Source: Hyaloraphidium curvatum SAG 235-1 (taxonomy: Eukaryota; Fungi; Monoblepharomycota). Taken from it: a stretch of 64,000 nt of DNA. A program made the position numbers and the translations under genes. Position 1 is the stretch's first letter. Each line of letters starts with the position of its first letter. Below the pieces are notes generated by a model. That model was not told where the DNA came from and did not search any database. It saw only the letters and a program-made list of their open reading frames with translations. The DNA lies in assembly GCA_025558095.1 (NCBI GenBank), contig JAIVFI010000030.1:525909-589908 (forward strand), read 5' to 3'. Below are positions 47,290 to 59,559 of this stretch, piece after piece.

Positions 47290-50200
47290 ATGTCTGCGCC
47301 CGCCGACACCCCGCGCTACGGGTCGGAGATCCCCAGGACGATCAAGAAAAAGTCAGAGCGACGGGAGCGGGCCGTCGACAAGCTGACGGACGATGCGCGG
47401 GCCTACCGCGACGCTGTCTCGGACCCCGAAGCAGCGCTCGGCAACGGACTGATGCCCGGAGATCCTGTATACCAGAAGTTTCGCGCCGAGGCGGTAGATG
47501 CGATGCGGCAGTTCCGCCAGGCGTGGAGTCAGGTCGGCAAGTCGGATCTCGAAATCGCCGTGGAGGTGATCAATCAGTCGCGGGCTCGGGAGTCGCTCGA
47601 CGCCGTCTCGGTCGCGACCCTGGACGGGCTCGACCCGCTGCTGGCCGCAAACATCCGCCTACTGGCCGGCATCGTCGGCAAGATCGCCCGAAACCCCTTC
47701 AAGGCCGAGCTGGAACAGATCGAAGGCCTGCGCCTCGTGGACGAGACGGACCTGCGCGGAAGGCGGTTCGAGCTCGGGACAGAAGATGACGGAGACGAGG
47801 AGCACGCACATGGGGACCAGGCGGAGCCGGAACTTACAATGGTTTGTCCGTGGACGGCGCCTCGCGGCGTGGTGCCGGTAGCACGCACTCGCCCGGCTCA
47901 TCACCCTTTACCCCGCAGGAGCTCTACATCCGGCAGCTCGTCTACGACTCCCTCGATGATCTGCAACACGACATCGCTTCATACTGTGTGCGCTTTCCGG
48001 CGGACGCGGCGCACTTCGATGCGCTTTACCAAGTCGTGCGGGAGATCGCACCCGCCGTTGGCCCGTCCGAGCTCGGCGCACTCCTTGCCCACCTGCTCTA
48101 CGTAGGCTTCGGAACCAAAGGTGCCGCGATGCGGAACGCACAGGATCTGGATGCAGTCCGGCTCGGCGAGCTGCAGTCGCGCCTGGGCAACTTCCTCCGG
48201 AGCGCGGAGCGTGCCGTGAAGATCCGGGTCTTCAAGATCGAGGGACTGCAGTTCGACCAGGCCCTCACGGAAGAGTCGACCTACGGGAAGAGGTCCGATG
48301 TCAACTCGCAGTTCATCGAGCGGTTCACCATCTCGGCCCTGGCCCCGAGCCTGCTCAACCAGGACCTCGGCGGATTCTCGCCCGAGCCGCTCTGCGTCGA
48401 CGACGAGTACTCGGCTCGTCTCGCGAGAGTGGACGCATGGTGCACCGAGAAGCTTGCCCGCGCTCTGTCGCAGCACGGCGTCGCCCGGCTTGCCGATCTC
48501 GTCGAGGTCGCCCGAGAGCCGCGGATCCAGGAGGTGATGGAGGCCGTCGAGAAGCTCCTCCACGAAACCGAGCTGGCGAAGGACGGGGCGATGGGCCCCA
48601 AGCCCAACCCCGTGTGCTACGACGCGGCAAAGTTGCGCGCGTCGACGCTGCCGACGGTTCTGGGGCAGGTCGTTCGCTTCAACCTTTTTCACGACGTGTC
48701 CAGAGAAGGCCTCATTGTTGCGGAGCTCGCAGGCTTCCAAAACCAGTCCGGAAGAATGGGCCGTGGACCCCTGGAGTTTGAGCTGGCTTGCCTCGCCGCC
48801 GATCCCTCCATCCCTCGCCTCAACCCCGCTGAGCGCGCCGCCATGACTCCGGGAGCTTTCCGAGACCACGTGGCGAGGAGCTTCGGGCCCATGATGGACT
48901 GCTGGGCTGCGTCCGTCGTTCACGAACCGACATGGGCTTCGCTGCTGGGCGCGTCGCTCGTCCTGGGAGCCGTCAAACCGCTGCACATACACGGATACTC
49001 GGCCGAGACCACTGGAGCGGCCCTCGGCGAGCTCCTCTGGCGATCTTGGACCGTCAAAGAGGGGATGGAGCAGATCGAGGAGTTGTTCCGCGGCGGCGCG
49101 CTGCCGCACACGCTGGAGGACTGGGAAGCCCTGGTCTCGCCCGAAGACGTCGCCGGCGTGAACTGTGAACGGCTGCGCGTGTCAAACCTCCTCAAGATCG
49201 TCGGCGAGACCTACGTGGTGCCCTACGCCGCGCTCCCCGGCATGCTGTGCCTTTTCACTCCCCACGTTGACGCCGGATCCGTCAAGTACGACGCCGTGAT
49301 ACGCGCGCCGCTGAGAAAGGTCGTCCGCGCTGTCGAGCTCACGTCACGCATCGCCACCGTGCTGGAGACAGCGAAGATCCTCGGCGGTGACGCCCCACCC
49401 CGCGACGAGGGCGAGGACGCCACGCTGCTCTGGTTCCAGGCCCTCAAAGACGATATCGACGCCGCCGTGAAGGAGCTGGGCGTTGCCGATGCCCTATCCG
49501 AGTGTAAAGAGCGGCTGGCGGAGACGATGGCCTGGTCGCGGAAGCAGAGGGCGACCACCGCCGCTCTGAAGAAGGCGGTGGGCCAGCTCGACGGCGGGCA
49601 GACGGCCGCCGAGGTAATCGCGGGACGCGGTGCCATCGCCGAGAAGGCGGCTGCCAAAGTCGTGCGAAGGACGGTCAAGGCGCCCGGGGAGCCCCACAGC
49701 GACGCGCGTCTCGAGTGGGCGGCCGGTTTGGGAAGCGCGCGGCGACGCCGGGCCCCCCTCCCTCCCCCGCACGGCCCCCCTCCCCTCCCTCACCCGCGCC
49801 CTCCCAACCCCCTAGCCCCGCTCCCACCCGCCTGTCGTCGGATCCGCCACCTCGATCGCCGGTAGCCGATGCCGCTGCGAGCGACGGGGAGAACGATGGG
49901 CTGAGCCTGAGCGGCCTCCGCGACGAGGTGGGGGACGTCGCTGCCGGGGCCGACCCCGACGATGTTGGTGACGCTCCCGACTCTGGCGGCCCTGACCCCG
50001 GCGACGGCAGCGACCCAGGCGACGGCGATCCAGGCGACGGCGCCTCGGAGCACGACGGGAGGCCGACGTTCGCTCCGCGGGCGCCGCGCACCAAACTCAA
50101 GTACAAGCTTCCCCGTTTGCCACCCGGGGTGACGAAGGCGGGCAACTGGGCGCAGGCAGTGCCCGTTCCGCACGAGGGAATCACGCGGAACAAGGCCGCG

Positions 50201-50527
50201 ATTGCTGTTGGGGCACTCCATCTCAAATTGGCCGAGGAGCAGGTGGCGACATGGAAGTACTCGGGCGCGGCCTCTGGCCTGCGAGCCCCGGGAAGCTGGT
50301 TCGGTGCGCTTGGCATTCCCGACGAGTCGTCGTCGCAGGAGGAGGAGGACGACGACGACGAGGAGGAGGAGGAGGAGGAGGAGGAGGAGGAGGAGCGCGG
50401 ACGGGGGAGGCCGCGAGGCGAGGGCGGAAACGGACGCCGCCGGCGCCGCAAGGAGCGGCGGGCCGACGAGAGCTCATCGTATGGCGACGAGGAGCAGCTT
50501 CGGAGGCCAGGGAAGCGCGCTAGGTAG
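47290..50527 (+). CDS. Large (~1000 aa) orphan protein, mostly helical, with Pro-rich, acidic and basic C-terminal tracts
   Basis: Exons 47290-47841, 47919-~49613, ~49700-50527; the second junction is either a phase-0 intron (GTAATC..CAG) or a frameshift. Confidence 0.65.
50338..50395 (+). repeat. (GAG/GAC)n trinucleotide tract encoding poly-D/E
   Basis: EEEDDDDEEEEEEEEEEEE. Confidence 0.85.
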
Positions 50528-51320
50528 CGCGGCGCGCCGTGGGGCAATAGAGCGTTTCCGCGACGCGTCCGGTGGCCAGCGCTCCGCCCACGTGCCGACG
50601 GCCACGTCGGCGCAGCGGTGGCCTTTAGCAGCGCGGTAGTGCGGTGTTCCTCGGCCGGAAGGCGCCGCTGCGTGCGGGCGAGGCGCGACAGTTTGGACAG
50701 CCGGCGAAGAGTCACATCGACCACCCGCCCCAGAATCAACACCCGAGCACGGCCCGTTCCGTCCCGTCCCGTGCCCGCGCACCAACCGAAATCGGCAGAT
50801 TACTGGCCAATGGAAGAGAATGCGGGCTGGAGCTTCGCCACGAGCTCGATCTGAGCGCGATCTACCCCGGGACCTGCCCGTCCAGTCCGGACCGGATTCG
50901 CTGCCGTCCGGCCTCTTGGGGACGGAGGAAGCCCCCGCACAGCTAAATTGGCCCCTTTGAGATGGTACAGCGCGCATGATCGGGTCTTTTGCATGCCCGC
51001 CTCAAAATCTAATCCCTGCCAGTCGCTGTGGGCTCACGGGTGCAGCTCGGCCGGTGCACCGTCATGGTGCCAAAACCCCCGGACCGCGTCCGGAAAGTCC
51101 GGAAACGGAAACATTAGCGGGCTAAATTGGCATCCGACGTCCGCAATGTGGGGTTTTGATCCGCCGAAAATCGGAGCTTGATTTGCTTTCGATGTGAAAA
51201 CCGATCAGGGCCCACCGATCGGGTCCCTAATCTTCCCGCCGGCAGCTGCCGCTGCCGGGCACCGGTTCCGACGCCCGTCGAGTCGCTCCGGGGCGTGCCT
51301 GCGTCCGCCCATCGCGGTCC

Positions 51321-51942
51321 GATGGACAGAAAGGGCGCCCCTACTGGAGGGAGCCGAGGGGCGGCGCGGGGGACGGCGGGCCTGGTCGACGCAAGCCGAA
51401 TAACCCCTGCCGGCACCGAGATCGAGCTGCCCAACGGGCTGCGGCTCACCCCCGGCTACGGGTCCGGCTATCGGCCGCGCGAGCCGCAGACGGACCGGGA
51501 GGGCGCGGCCAACGGTCGCCGCGGAAAGGGGCCCGCACCCCACGACGAGCCCGACGAGCCCGACGAGGACACGGACGGCGAGTACGTTCCCGACGACGCA
51601 AAGAGGCGCCTGGCGGGCGACGCAAGGGCTCGGACGGCGCGCCCTCCGCCCGCAGCCCTTCCGCCCGAGATGGCGGAGCCGCTTGAGAGGACGTTCAGTT
51701 TCCTCTTGCCGGCGTTCGAAGCGGCTGACCGCGCCGTGGTGCACCACCGGACGATGCAGATTTACCTCAAGCGGCGCGCCGGCGAGCACGTCAGCTGCTC
51801 CGGTCGGAGAAGCCCCCGTGCGCCGTCACCCACGTCCCCGGCCGGGTCGCTGGCGAGCAGCGGCGCAGGCCTCGAGTCCGAAATCACAAAGTGCCACCGC
51901 CTTATCCGCCGGCCGAATCTAGCCAATGTTTGTCCGTGTTAG
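51321..51942 (+). pseudogene. Possible truncated gene running into the tRNA
   Basis: MDRKGAP..DEPDEPDEDTDGEYVP coding-like ORF ends inside tRNA-Glu. Confidence 0.25.
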
Positions 51943-52033
51943 TGTAGTGGTTAACATTTGACGCTTTCAACCCGTGGATGTCATTCGCTGAGGAAGAGCC
52001 GTCACGACCCGGGTTCGATCCCCGGACACGGAA
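51933..52033 (+). tRNA. tRNA-Glu (anticodon UUC) with 29-nt canonical intron
   Basis: TCCGTGT TAGTGTAGTGGTTAACATT TGACG CTTTCA[29 nt]C CGTCA CGAC CCGGG TTCGATC CCCGG ACACGGA A, then ATTTT. Confidence 0.92.
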
Positions 52034-52325
52034 ATTTTGCTGATCTGTGCAACTCATCTTCCACCTACGCTCACGAGTCTGCTGTTCCCGGGCAGGTTTG
52101 GGCGATGTGAGGGTTGGGGGAACGTCCGGGACTGGCGGGGTCCTCTGGGAAGCCGGCCCATGCACCAAAACGCATCCGCTCGGAGCTATCGGGAAATTTT
52201 GCTGCGCCGTGCAATTCCTCTTGCTCCGGGAGGCGCGAATCTGCGGTTTCCGGACGGTTCGAGGACGTCCCGGACGTGAGGGTCTTCTGGGAGGCCACCC
52301 CACACCCAAAACGCATCCGCTGGGC
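52030..52325 (+). repeat. Diverged two-unit tandem repeat (~160/135 bp) starting at the tRNA 3' end
   Basis: GGAAATTTTGCTG at 52030 and 52192; CCAAAACGCATCCGCT present in both units. Confidence 0.75.
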
Positions 52326-52482
52326 GCCAGGTGGCCCAAAACACGATATTCAAACCTAAACTACGATCGTTGAATGTCGCCGGCGGCCGTACTCGTGATT
52401 CGTGGGAGCTGGATTCAACACTCGCCAGTTCGAACGGCGGGCACCGACGCGCTCCAACAAACACACCCACCGCGGCACCGAT

Positions 52483-53674
52483 ATGGACCGCTACGCGTCG
52501 TTCTCCCTCCTCCGCGTCTCCCTCTCCTCCTCCGGCATCGCCACCGTCCGTGCGTCGCGCCGGAACCCGCGATGCCCCTCCACGGACTGCCGACGCGCTT
52601 CCCCTCCGGCCAGGGATAACCAACCCCCCGATAAACCTCATGACCCCCGCGATGCTCCGCGAGTACACGACATTGGTGCCAATGCTCGCGGCGGATCCGG
52701 CCGTCCGCGTGGTGGTGTTTCGGAGCGGGGTGGAAGGGTTCTTCACGGCTCACTTTGACCTCGGCGGGTTGGAGCGCGTCTGCGAGGGCGTGGCAGAAGG
52801 GCTGACGCGTCATGGGGTGGCAGAGACTCTTGCTAAAGTGCGGCTGGGAAAGGCGGGGGCACTGAACCCGGCGCATTGGCGGCTGCAGGCCTTCCACGAG
52901 GTCGCCGGTGGGCTGTCCCTTGTTCGGAGGCGGACGGAGGAGGGCGGCCGCTGACTGCCTGCTGGTGCCCGTCGGCTTCCTTCCCCGTACAGAGACGCTC
53001 CGCACGATGCCCAAGCCGACGATTGCGGTCGTCAACGGGCGGTGCGGGGGCGGCGGCTCCGAGATGGCGCTGTCGATGGACATGCGTTTCGCGGGGCCCG
53101 ACGCCGTGTTCAACCAGGTCGAGGTGGGCTCCCTCCGCGGCCCGAATTTGCCTGTCGGGAGAGGCTCAATTGGTTACTTCCGGTCGCCGCGGCAGGTCGG
53201 GTTGGGGATGGTACCAGGAGGGTCCGCGACGGTGCGGCTTCCCCGGCTCTGCGGGCGGTCCCGGGCCATGGAGATCGTCCTGGGAGCGGACGATTTCAAC
53301 GCTCAGGAGGCGGAACGATACGGTGGGCTCCTCATCGAGCGTTACGCGCCGTCGGTCTGCTCCTTCTGATCTGCGCTCCATTGCCGCCCGTCCCAGGCTG
53401 GGTCAACCGCTCCTTCCGAACGGCCGAGGAGCTTGAGGCGCACGTCTCCCGCCTCGCGGAGCGCATAGCCCGATTCGAACCCAACGCCGTAGCCCGCGCC
53501 AAGCGGTCCGTCCTCCGCGCCGAACGCGGCGTCGCCGAGGACCTGCTTGCAGAGGCGGCGGACAACGCCGAGACGTTCCGGACCGAGGGCGGGAGGATGA
53601 CGCGGATGGTGGAGATGGGGGCGCAGACCGTCGAAGGGGGAGCGCGGTTGGCGGAGCTTGTCGCAAAGCTGTAG
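52483..53674 (+). CDS. Enoyl-CoA hydratase/isomerase (crotonase) family, ~5 introns
   Basis: NPPINL, FFTAHFDL, PKPTIAVVNGRCGGGGSE, DMRFA, PGGSATVRLPRLCGRSRAMEI, AQEAERYGWVNR. Confidence 0.9.
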
Positions 53675-54273
53675 CGTGGTATTCCGATTGGTCGTTCGGC
53701 AATCGTCTTGTCGAAGAGGGTGCCTATACGAGGTATCTCCAGTGATCGGGAGCCAGCACCGTGCTCAGACTCCGCATCGCCCCCTGCCCCTGGCCCCGTC
53801 GCCGTTGAGTTCGGGACGCGCCGCGGGCGGGCGACGTTCAGCTCCATGCAATCGTCGGATGCGGGCCCCGCGGCCGCCGCAGTACACGCGCAGTCCCCTG
53901 AAAGTACCTTCTGCTGTAGCCGAGGCGCCAGGGTGGTCCGTCGGGGGCCACGGGGACGATCGGGTCCGCCACGGGAGGTTGGCGGGACGCTTGCCGGAGG
54001 CCGGCGCGGTCGGCCGGTTCGAGGAAAAGGGAAGGGTGTTCGGAGCCGAGGTGCGAAACCAGGAACGCGGTCGCGGCGGCGAACTGGCACGAAACGACGG
54101 GGCAGGCGCGCTCGGCGCCCGGCCGACACAGGCGGTCGCTCGAACAAAATGGTGTCACGATAGGGGGCGGCGCCGGGCCGTAGTGGCACGTTGCGCCCGG
54201 CAAAAGCGAGAAAGGGGGAGACGGGAGGTGTCGGGGGCAAGGGCAAGCTGAAGAGCAGGCTCGCGCGCGCGGT

Positions 54274-54669
54274 CTAGCCCGATGCCCCGTTGGTGTAGTG
54301 GAGGAGCACCTTCAGCGCCGCTTCCGCGTGTTTCTCCCCGATGTGTGCACAGAGGGGCGCGATGGCGGCGCCGAAGCCGCAATCGGGCAGGGGGCACGCC
54401 CGTTCGGCCGCCACGCACAGGGCGCGGTGGTCGGCCAGGTTACCCCGCGAGACGACGGCGGGGCACCCGTCGGGGCACGACACGGGGAGCGAGTCGATGT
54501 GCCGGCGGACGGCCCGGTTGGGCGCGAATGTGCACGGCTTGCGGCACTGCGGGCAGCGGTTGCCAAGGCGCGCCACGTCGCCCTGGCACACGATGACGGC
54601 GCAGTCGCAGCTCGATTCGACCGCTGAAGCGGGGGAATCCAGGCACAGAATGCAGTGGAAGTCGGCCAT
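54274..54669 (-). CDS. RING finger plus TRAF/Sina-type zinc-finger protein
   Basis: CILC..CDC..C..CPQC; CPDGC..H..C; CPLPDC..H..H. Confidence 0.75.
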   Translation of the reverse strand: MADFHCILCLDSPASAVESSCDCAVIVCQGDVARLGNRCPQCRKPCTFAPNRAVRRHIDSLPVSCPDGCPAVVSRGNLADHRALCVAAERACPLPDCGFGAAIAPLCAHIGEKHAEAALKVLLHYTNGASG

Positions 54670-55459
54670 GGGCGCAGAGGCCGGGAACGCGTCGCGAGAA
54701 GTCCCAGTTCGCTGCGCTCTTTGTAATGAGGAGCTAGCAATCCCACCGTAGAAATCCCCCTACGCCCCAAGAATCAGCTCCTCATCTACATTCAAACCAA
54801 CGCGACCGGCGCGGGGGCCGGAGTGTTGACAGCGCTCTCGCGGACCTCTCAGCCTCCCCTCCGACGCGGCGTGCGGCAGAACGCGTGCAGGAAACCCCGG
54901 ACCAGATAGATCTTTTGCGTCCGGATGTTCTCGCACGAACAATGAGCGAGGTGGGTCCGTACAAGGCCTCTACGCGAGGTGAGTGTGCTTGAGCGATCGT
55001 TGGAACGCCTTACAGAATTCAACCGCTGCGGGCAGCCCGAAAGACCAAAATGGTACCCACCGCGCGGCTCACCGTTGAGCCTCAGCAACATGCATAGCGT
55101 CCCAGCGTCTACCGGCAGGGATGAGGCGAAGCACATTGAATGCTCGCGGAGGATCGAGGGAGAACGACGCGTAGCGGTCCGTGGCGGCGCGCGCAAAGGG
55201 TCCTCGTTTGTTGGACGCGTCTGGCACGGGCCCCGCCATGCAGTGCCGCCGCGGCCTCGAGGAGCGTAAGCTTAAACGCTCGGCAACTCCGGGTGCATTT
55301 CCTAGTCAGAGGTAAGCAGACGGCGCTGGGCTCATCACCCGTCCCACGCCCTCGCACGCACGGTGCCGGGCTCCCTGGACCTCCGCCCCCTCCGGACGGG
55401 AAGCGGCGCATCCCCTTGGCCGGAGCAAAACGGTTACAGGAGCAGCAAAATCGCTTGTT

Positions 55460-55502
55460 TTCCGCTGCTGGGATTCGAACCCGGGCCGCCTGTGTGAAAG
55501 AC
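55460..55502 (-). pseudogene. 3' half of an intronless tRNA-Glu(UUC)
   Basis: GT CTTTCAC ACAGG CGGC CCGGG TTCGAAT CCCAG CAGCGGA A; D-arm and 5' acceptor strand absent. Confidence 0.75.
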
Positions 55503-55816
55503 GCGGTCGTTGGATGGTTGTCGGGGAGACGGAGGTTCGGCAGGGAGGGGCGGCGGCTGGTCTCCGGCGGGCGAATCGCCAGTCGCAGGTCCGGGCGAGG
55601 GAAAGCTCGCGCTCAGCGCATGCGTCATTGGCTCCGCATGATCTCGCACCCATTTCTTTGGTGCGGCAGTGTCGTTCTGAGCACCTCCAGGCCGTCCGGT
55701 GCAGGGTTGGCGGACGGAGCTGCGACTCGAAGCGATGCCAACGCTCGAGTTCCCTCTATCAAACAAAAGGATCCATCCGCCTCTGGCTGGGTTTGAGCTC
55801 GTGGCAGCTAAGTAGT

Positions 55817-58800
55817 ATGGGGCGAGGCAAGCTGGACGACCGGTCAAGCCCCGACGCGGCGCCCGAGGATTCCGCTTTCTCCGTCCGCCTCCCCGGCGGC
55901 AGGACCGCGATGTCCGCCCCGGACAATCCGGCGGCGGAGCTCCCCGATGGCGCGGACGGCGCGCCGGCGGCGGGAGGCGGTGCGACCTCGTTTGCCCCCG
56001 CGCGGCCGTCGCCCCTCGGCGTGGGCCTGCCGCGCGAGAGGGTCAACACCGGCGACTTTTCCGAGGACGGCTCGGATGCTGAGAGGGACGCGGAGGGGGC
56101 GGAGGGCGTGCCCGCCATCGTGGTCGCCGCCGCGGACGGGCCCGGCGCGGCGGTGCCCCGCGCGCGGCCCCCGGCGGCGGCGTTCCTCTCGGCCACCTCG
56201 CCGCCGACCCGCCGCACGTCGACCATCTCGCTGCACCCCCCGCTCGCGCACCTCGAGGCGTTCCGGCCGCCGCCCGACGCGGACTTCTTCAAAAGGCTGG
56301 CCGCGCTGCGGCCGGGCAGGGGGACGCCAAAGGGCTGGGAGCGGGACGACGACAACGCCTCCATGTCGTCGCATCGCACGGACTCGTTCGACGGCAGCGG
56401 GTCGACCGCCGCCCACCGGGACCCAGAGGAGCACGCAAAGGCGGACCTCCACGACGCGGACGCCACCCACGAGCCCGATCGGCGGGGGCTCCGCTGCAGC
56501 TGCCCCGGCCCCGCCGAGTTCGGTGCCCTCCTGTGGCGCTGGGCAAAGATGGCCGTGCCCTTCCTCGAGTGGTTCCCCGAGTACGTCGGCGCCGTGCCCC
56601 CCGCGACCCTCGACCCCTCGTCGGTCCTCTCCAAGGACCGGGCCGCCTTCCGCGCCGCCCCCTGGTACCGCCGCGGCGCGTGGAGGACAATAATTTTCGG
56701 GGATCTCATCGCGGGGCTGACCATCGGCGTCATGGTCGTTCCCCAGGGCATGGCCTGTGGGTCTCTGTCGTTCCGCGTTCCGCCACCCGCGCCCATCTCA
56801 CCTCTCGCCCTCCCGTCTAGACGCCACGCTGGCCTCGCTCCCCCCCATCTACGGCCTCTACGCCTGCCTCGTCCCCCTCTTCGTCTACGCCCTCTTCGGC
56901 ACCTCGCGCGAGATGTCGGTCGGCCCCGTCGCCATCAACGCGCTGCTCCTCACCTCGGGCCTGTACCCCGCCGTCGCCGGCCTCCCCGCCGCGGAGCAGC
57001 CCGCCGAGTACCTCCAGCTGGTCATCTCGACGACCTTCCTCACGGGCGCCTTTTCCCTGGCCGCCGGCCTCCTCCGGCTCGGCCTCGCCGTGACCTTTGT
57101 CGGCCCGCCCGTGCTCGCCGGCTTCTCCCTCGGCTCGGAGCTCCTCATCGGCCTCTCCCAGCTGGAGCCCCTGCTCGGCTACTCGACCGGCCCGCCGCAG
57201 CCCTATCTGGTCCCGCAGCTCGTGCAGACCTTTTCCCACATCGGCCAGACCCAGCCCGCCGCCCTGATCATCGGCCTGGTCTGCATCGCGCTGCTGCTCA
57301 CGCTGGGCAAGCACCGCTACACCCGCTGGATCCCGCGCCCGCTCTTCGTCACCGTCTTTGCCACCCTCGTCAGCTGGGGCATCCACTCGACCCAGCCTTC
57401 CTGGGGCCTCCCCATCGTCGGCTCGGTCCCGCGCGGCTTCCCCGCCGCCGTCGTGCCCCGCCTCGACGGCGCCACCCTCGCCGCCGTCGCCGTCCCCTCC
57501 CTCCTCCTCGCCGTGCTGGGCTTCATGCAGTCCATCTCGGTCGCCCTCAAGTTCTCGGAGAAGCGCGGGTACGCCATGCGGCCCAACCAGGAACTCGCCG
57601 CCCTCGGGCTGTCGCACCTCCTCTCGGCGTTCACGCAGGCGATGGACGCCACGGGGAGCTACTCCCGGACGGGGGTCAACGCCGCCTCGGGCGCACGGAC
57701 GCAGTTCGCGGGCCTGGTGCAGGTCCTGGTGGTCGTCCTGGCGCTGCAGGTCCTGACGCCGCTCTTCTACTACATCCCCAAGAGCGCGCTCGCGGCGATC
57801 GTCATCGCGGCCGTGGTGGGCATGTTCGAGCCTGAGGCGTTCCGGCGGATGTACGCGGCCAAGCCGCGGGACTTTTGGGTCGCCGTGCTGACCGCCCTCG
57901 TCACCGTCTTTGCGGGCACGCAGTACGGCCTGCTCGCGGGGATCGCCATCTCGCTGCTCATCATCATCCTCCGCTCCTCGCGCCCGCGGACTGCCGTGCT
58001 CGGCCTGGTCGAGATCCCGGGGGACCCGCCCGCGCAGGCGTTCCGCAACGTGGAGCGCTACCCCGAGGCGAGGCAGGTGCCGGGGGTGCTGGTGTGGAGG
58101 TTCGACGCGGAGCTGTGGTTCGCCAACGTCGCGTGGTTCCGGGAGAAGCTGCAGGGGGAGCTGGCGCGGAGGAAGGGGGCGGTCGGCGGGGGTGCGCGGG
58201 GCGCGGCGGACGAGGTGGTCGTGGAGGCTGGCGATGGGGCGGGAACGGGGCTCGGGATCGCGGGCACGGATGTCGCCGACCCGCCGGCGGCGCCCGTGCC
58301 CACGGCGGACGACGGCAAGGTCCGCGTGGTGGTCCTGGACATGACCGCCGTCACGGACGTCGACTCGTCGGGCGCGCAGGCCATCCTGGCGCTCAACACC
58401 ACCCTGCGCCGGTCGCAGGGGATCGAGATCCTCTTTGCGGGCGTCAAGGGACCCGTGCGGGACGTGCTGTGGCGGGCGACGGGGGGCCGGATCCTTCCGG
58501 GGGACGACGGCAAGGAGGCCAAGGGCGGACGGGGGACGGACGCGGCCTCCCCCGCCAACGGCGACGCCGTCTCGACGGTGCCGGATGAACCCCCCGCGGA
58601 CCGGCTCCCTGACGACGTGCCCCTCGTCGCGATCGAGGACCTGGACGGGAACATCACCGTGGTGCCGCACCCGGCGCCGGACCTCCTACCCCCTTCGACG
58701 GCTCCCTCGCCCAACCCGACGCGGCGCGGTCTGTTCCGCCGGCGGCCGCCGGCGGCAGCACCCCTGAACGCGACGATGGCGGGCGGGTCGGGGTTCCTGC

Positions 58801-58931
58801 AGGCCGGCGCGGTGCGGGACCTGCGGGTGGAGCAGTTCTTCCTGACGGTTGCGGGCGCGGTGGACTTTGCGCGGAAGCTGGTGGATAGGCAGCGCGCGAG
58901 AGAGGCGAGGGGCAGGGCGGGGGCTGCGTAG
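55817..58931 (+). CDS. SulP/SLC26 sulfate-anion transporter with STAS domain; 1 intron (56757-56820)
   Basis: GDLIAGLTIGVMVVPQGMAY..LPPIYGLY, GTSR..VGP, PNQEL, GSYSRT, WFAN, VVVLDMTAVTDVDSSG. Confidence 0.95.
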
Positions 58932-59166
58932 CGCGGTGCGCGGCGTTGCGTTGCGTGTTCTGTCGACGCGCATCTTCTCGCCGGGTGGTTGGCACCGCAC
59001 GTATACGTCACACCACCCGCTTCGTCCCGAAGATGACAGCCCAAAGAAGGCCGTCCAGTGTCGCTATCGATTGCCTGCCCCGATCTCTTCGCGCCCTCCC
59101 TAGAGAGGTGTGGGGAGCAGGAAGCGCGGCGCGACGCGACCAGGGTGACCGAGCGGGGTAGTGACA

Positions 59167-59472
59167 TCAGTCCTCCACCGAAAGGAGCATGCCGTAGATG
59201 CGGTCCCGCCCCGTCCAGCCGTTGACGCGCCCGCGGTTGTTGCTGATCTGCACGCGGTCCCCGCGCACGGCCGACACGAGATGCAGGTACTCGGCCGCGC
59301 CCACCCGGCAGAGCACGATGTCACCCCTCGCCGGGGTCGCGCCGGGGGGGAGGGGGGCCACCTCGACCAGCTGCCCGATCCGGATTTTGGGGACCATGCT
59401 GCTACCCCGCGGCCGGAACCGCACCGTCTCCCCGCGCAGCAGCGCCGCGATGTGCCTCGCCGCCCACCCCAT
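59167..59472 (-). CDS. Small S24/S26-peptidase-like protein, bacterial-type, intronless
   Basis: RGSSMVPKI..GDIVL..YLHLV..NNRG..GW..IYG. Confidence 0.75.
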   Translation of the reverse strand: MGWAARHIAALLRGETVRFRPRGSSMVPKIRIGQLVEVAPLPPGATPARGDIVLCRVGAAEYLHLVSAVRGDRVQISNNRGRVNGWTGRDRIYGMLLSVED

Positions 59473-59559
59473 CGCGGGCGATGGTCTCGTCCGGCAAACG
59501 CTTCGAGGCTAGACCCGCCGCGATCCTTAGCCAAGTAGGCGCCACAACGGGGCTAACCT

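Noticed and set aside
55380-55502. Permuted tRNA (3' half before 5' half)
   Set aside because: A CCTGT occurs downstream, but there is no D-arm or acceptor 5' strand and T4 runs intervene
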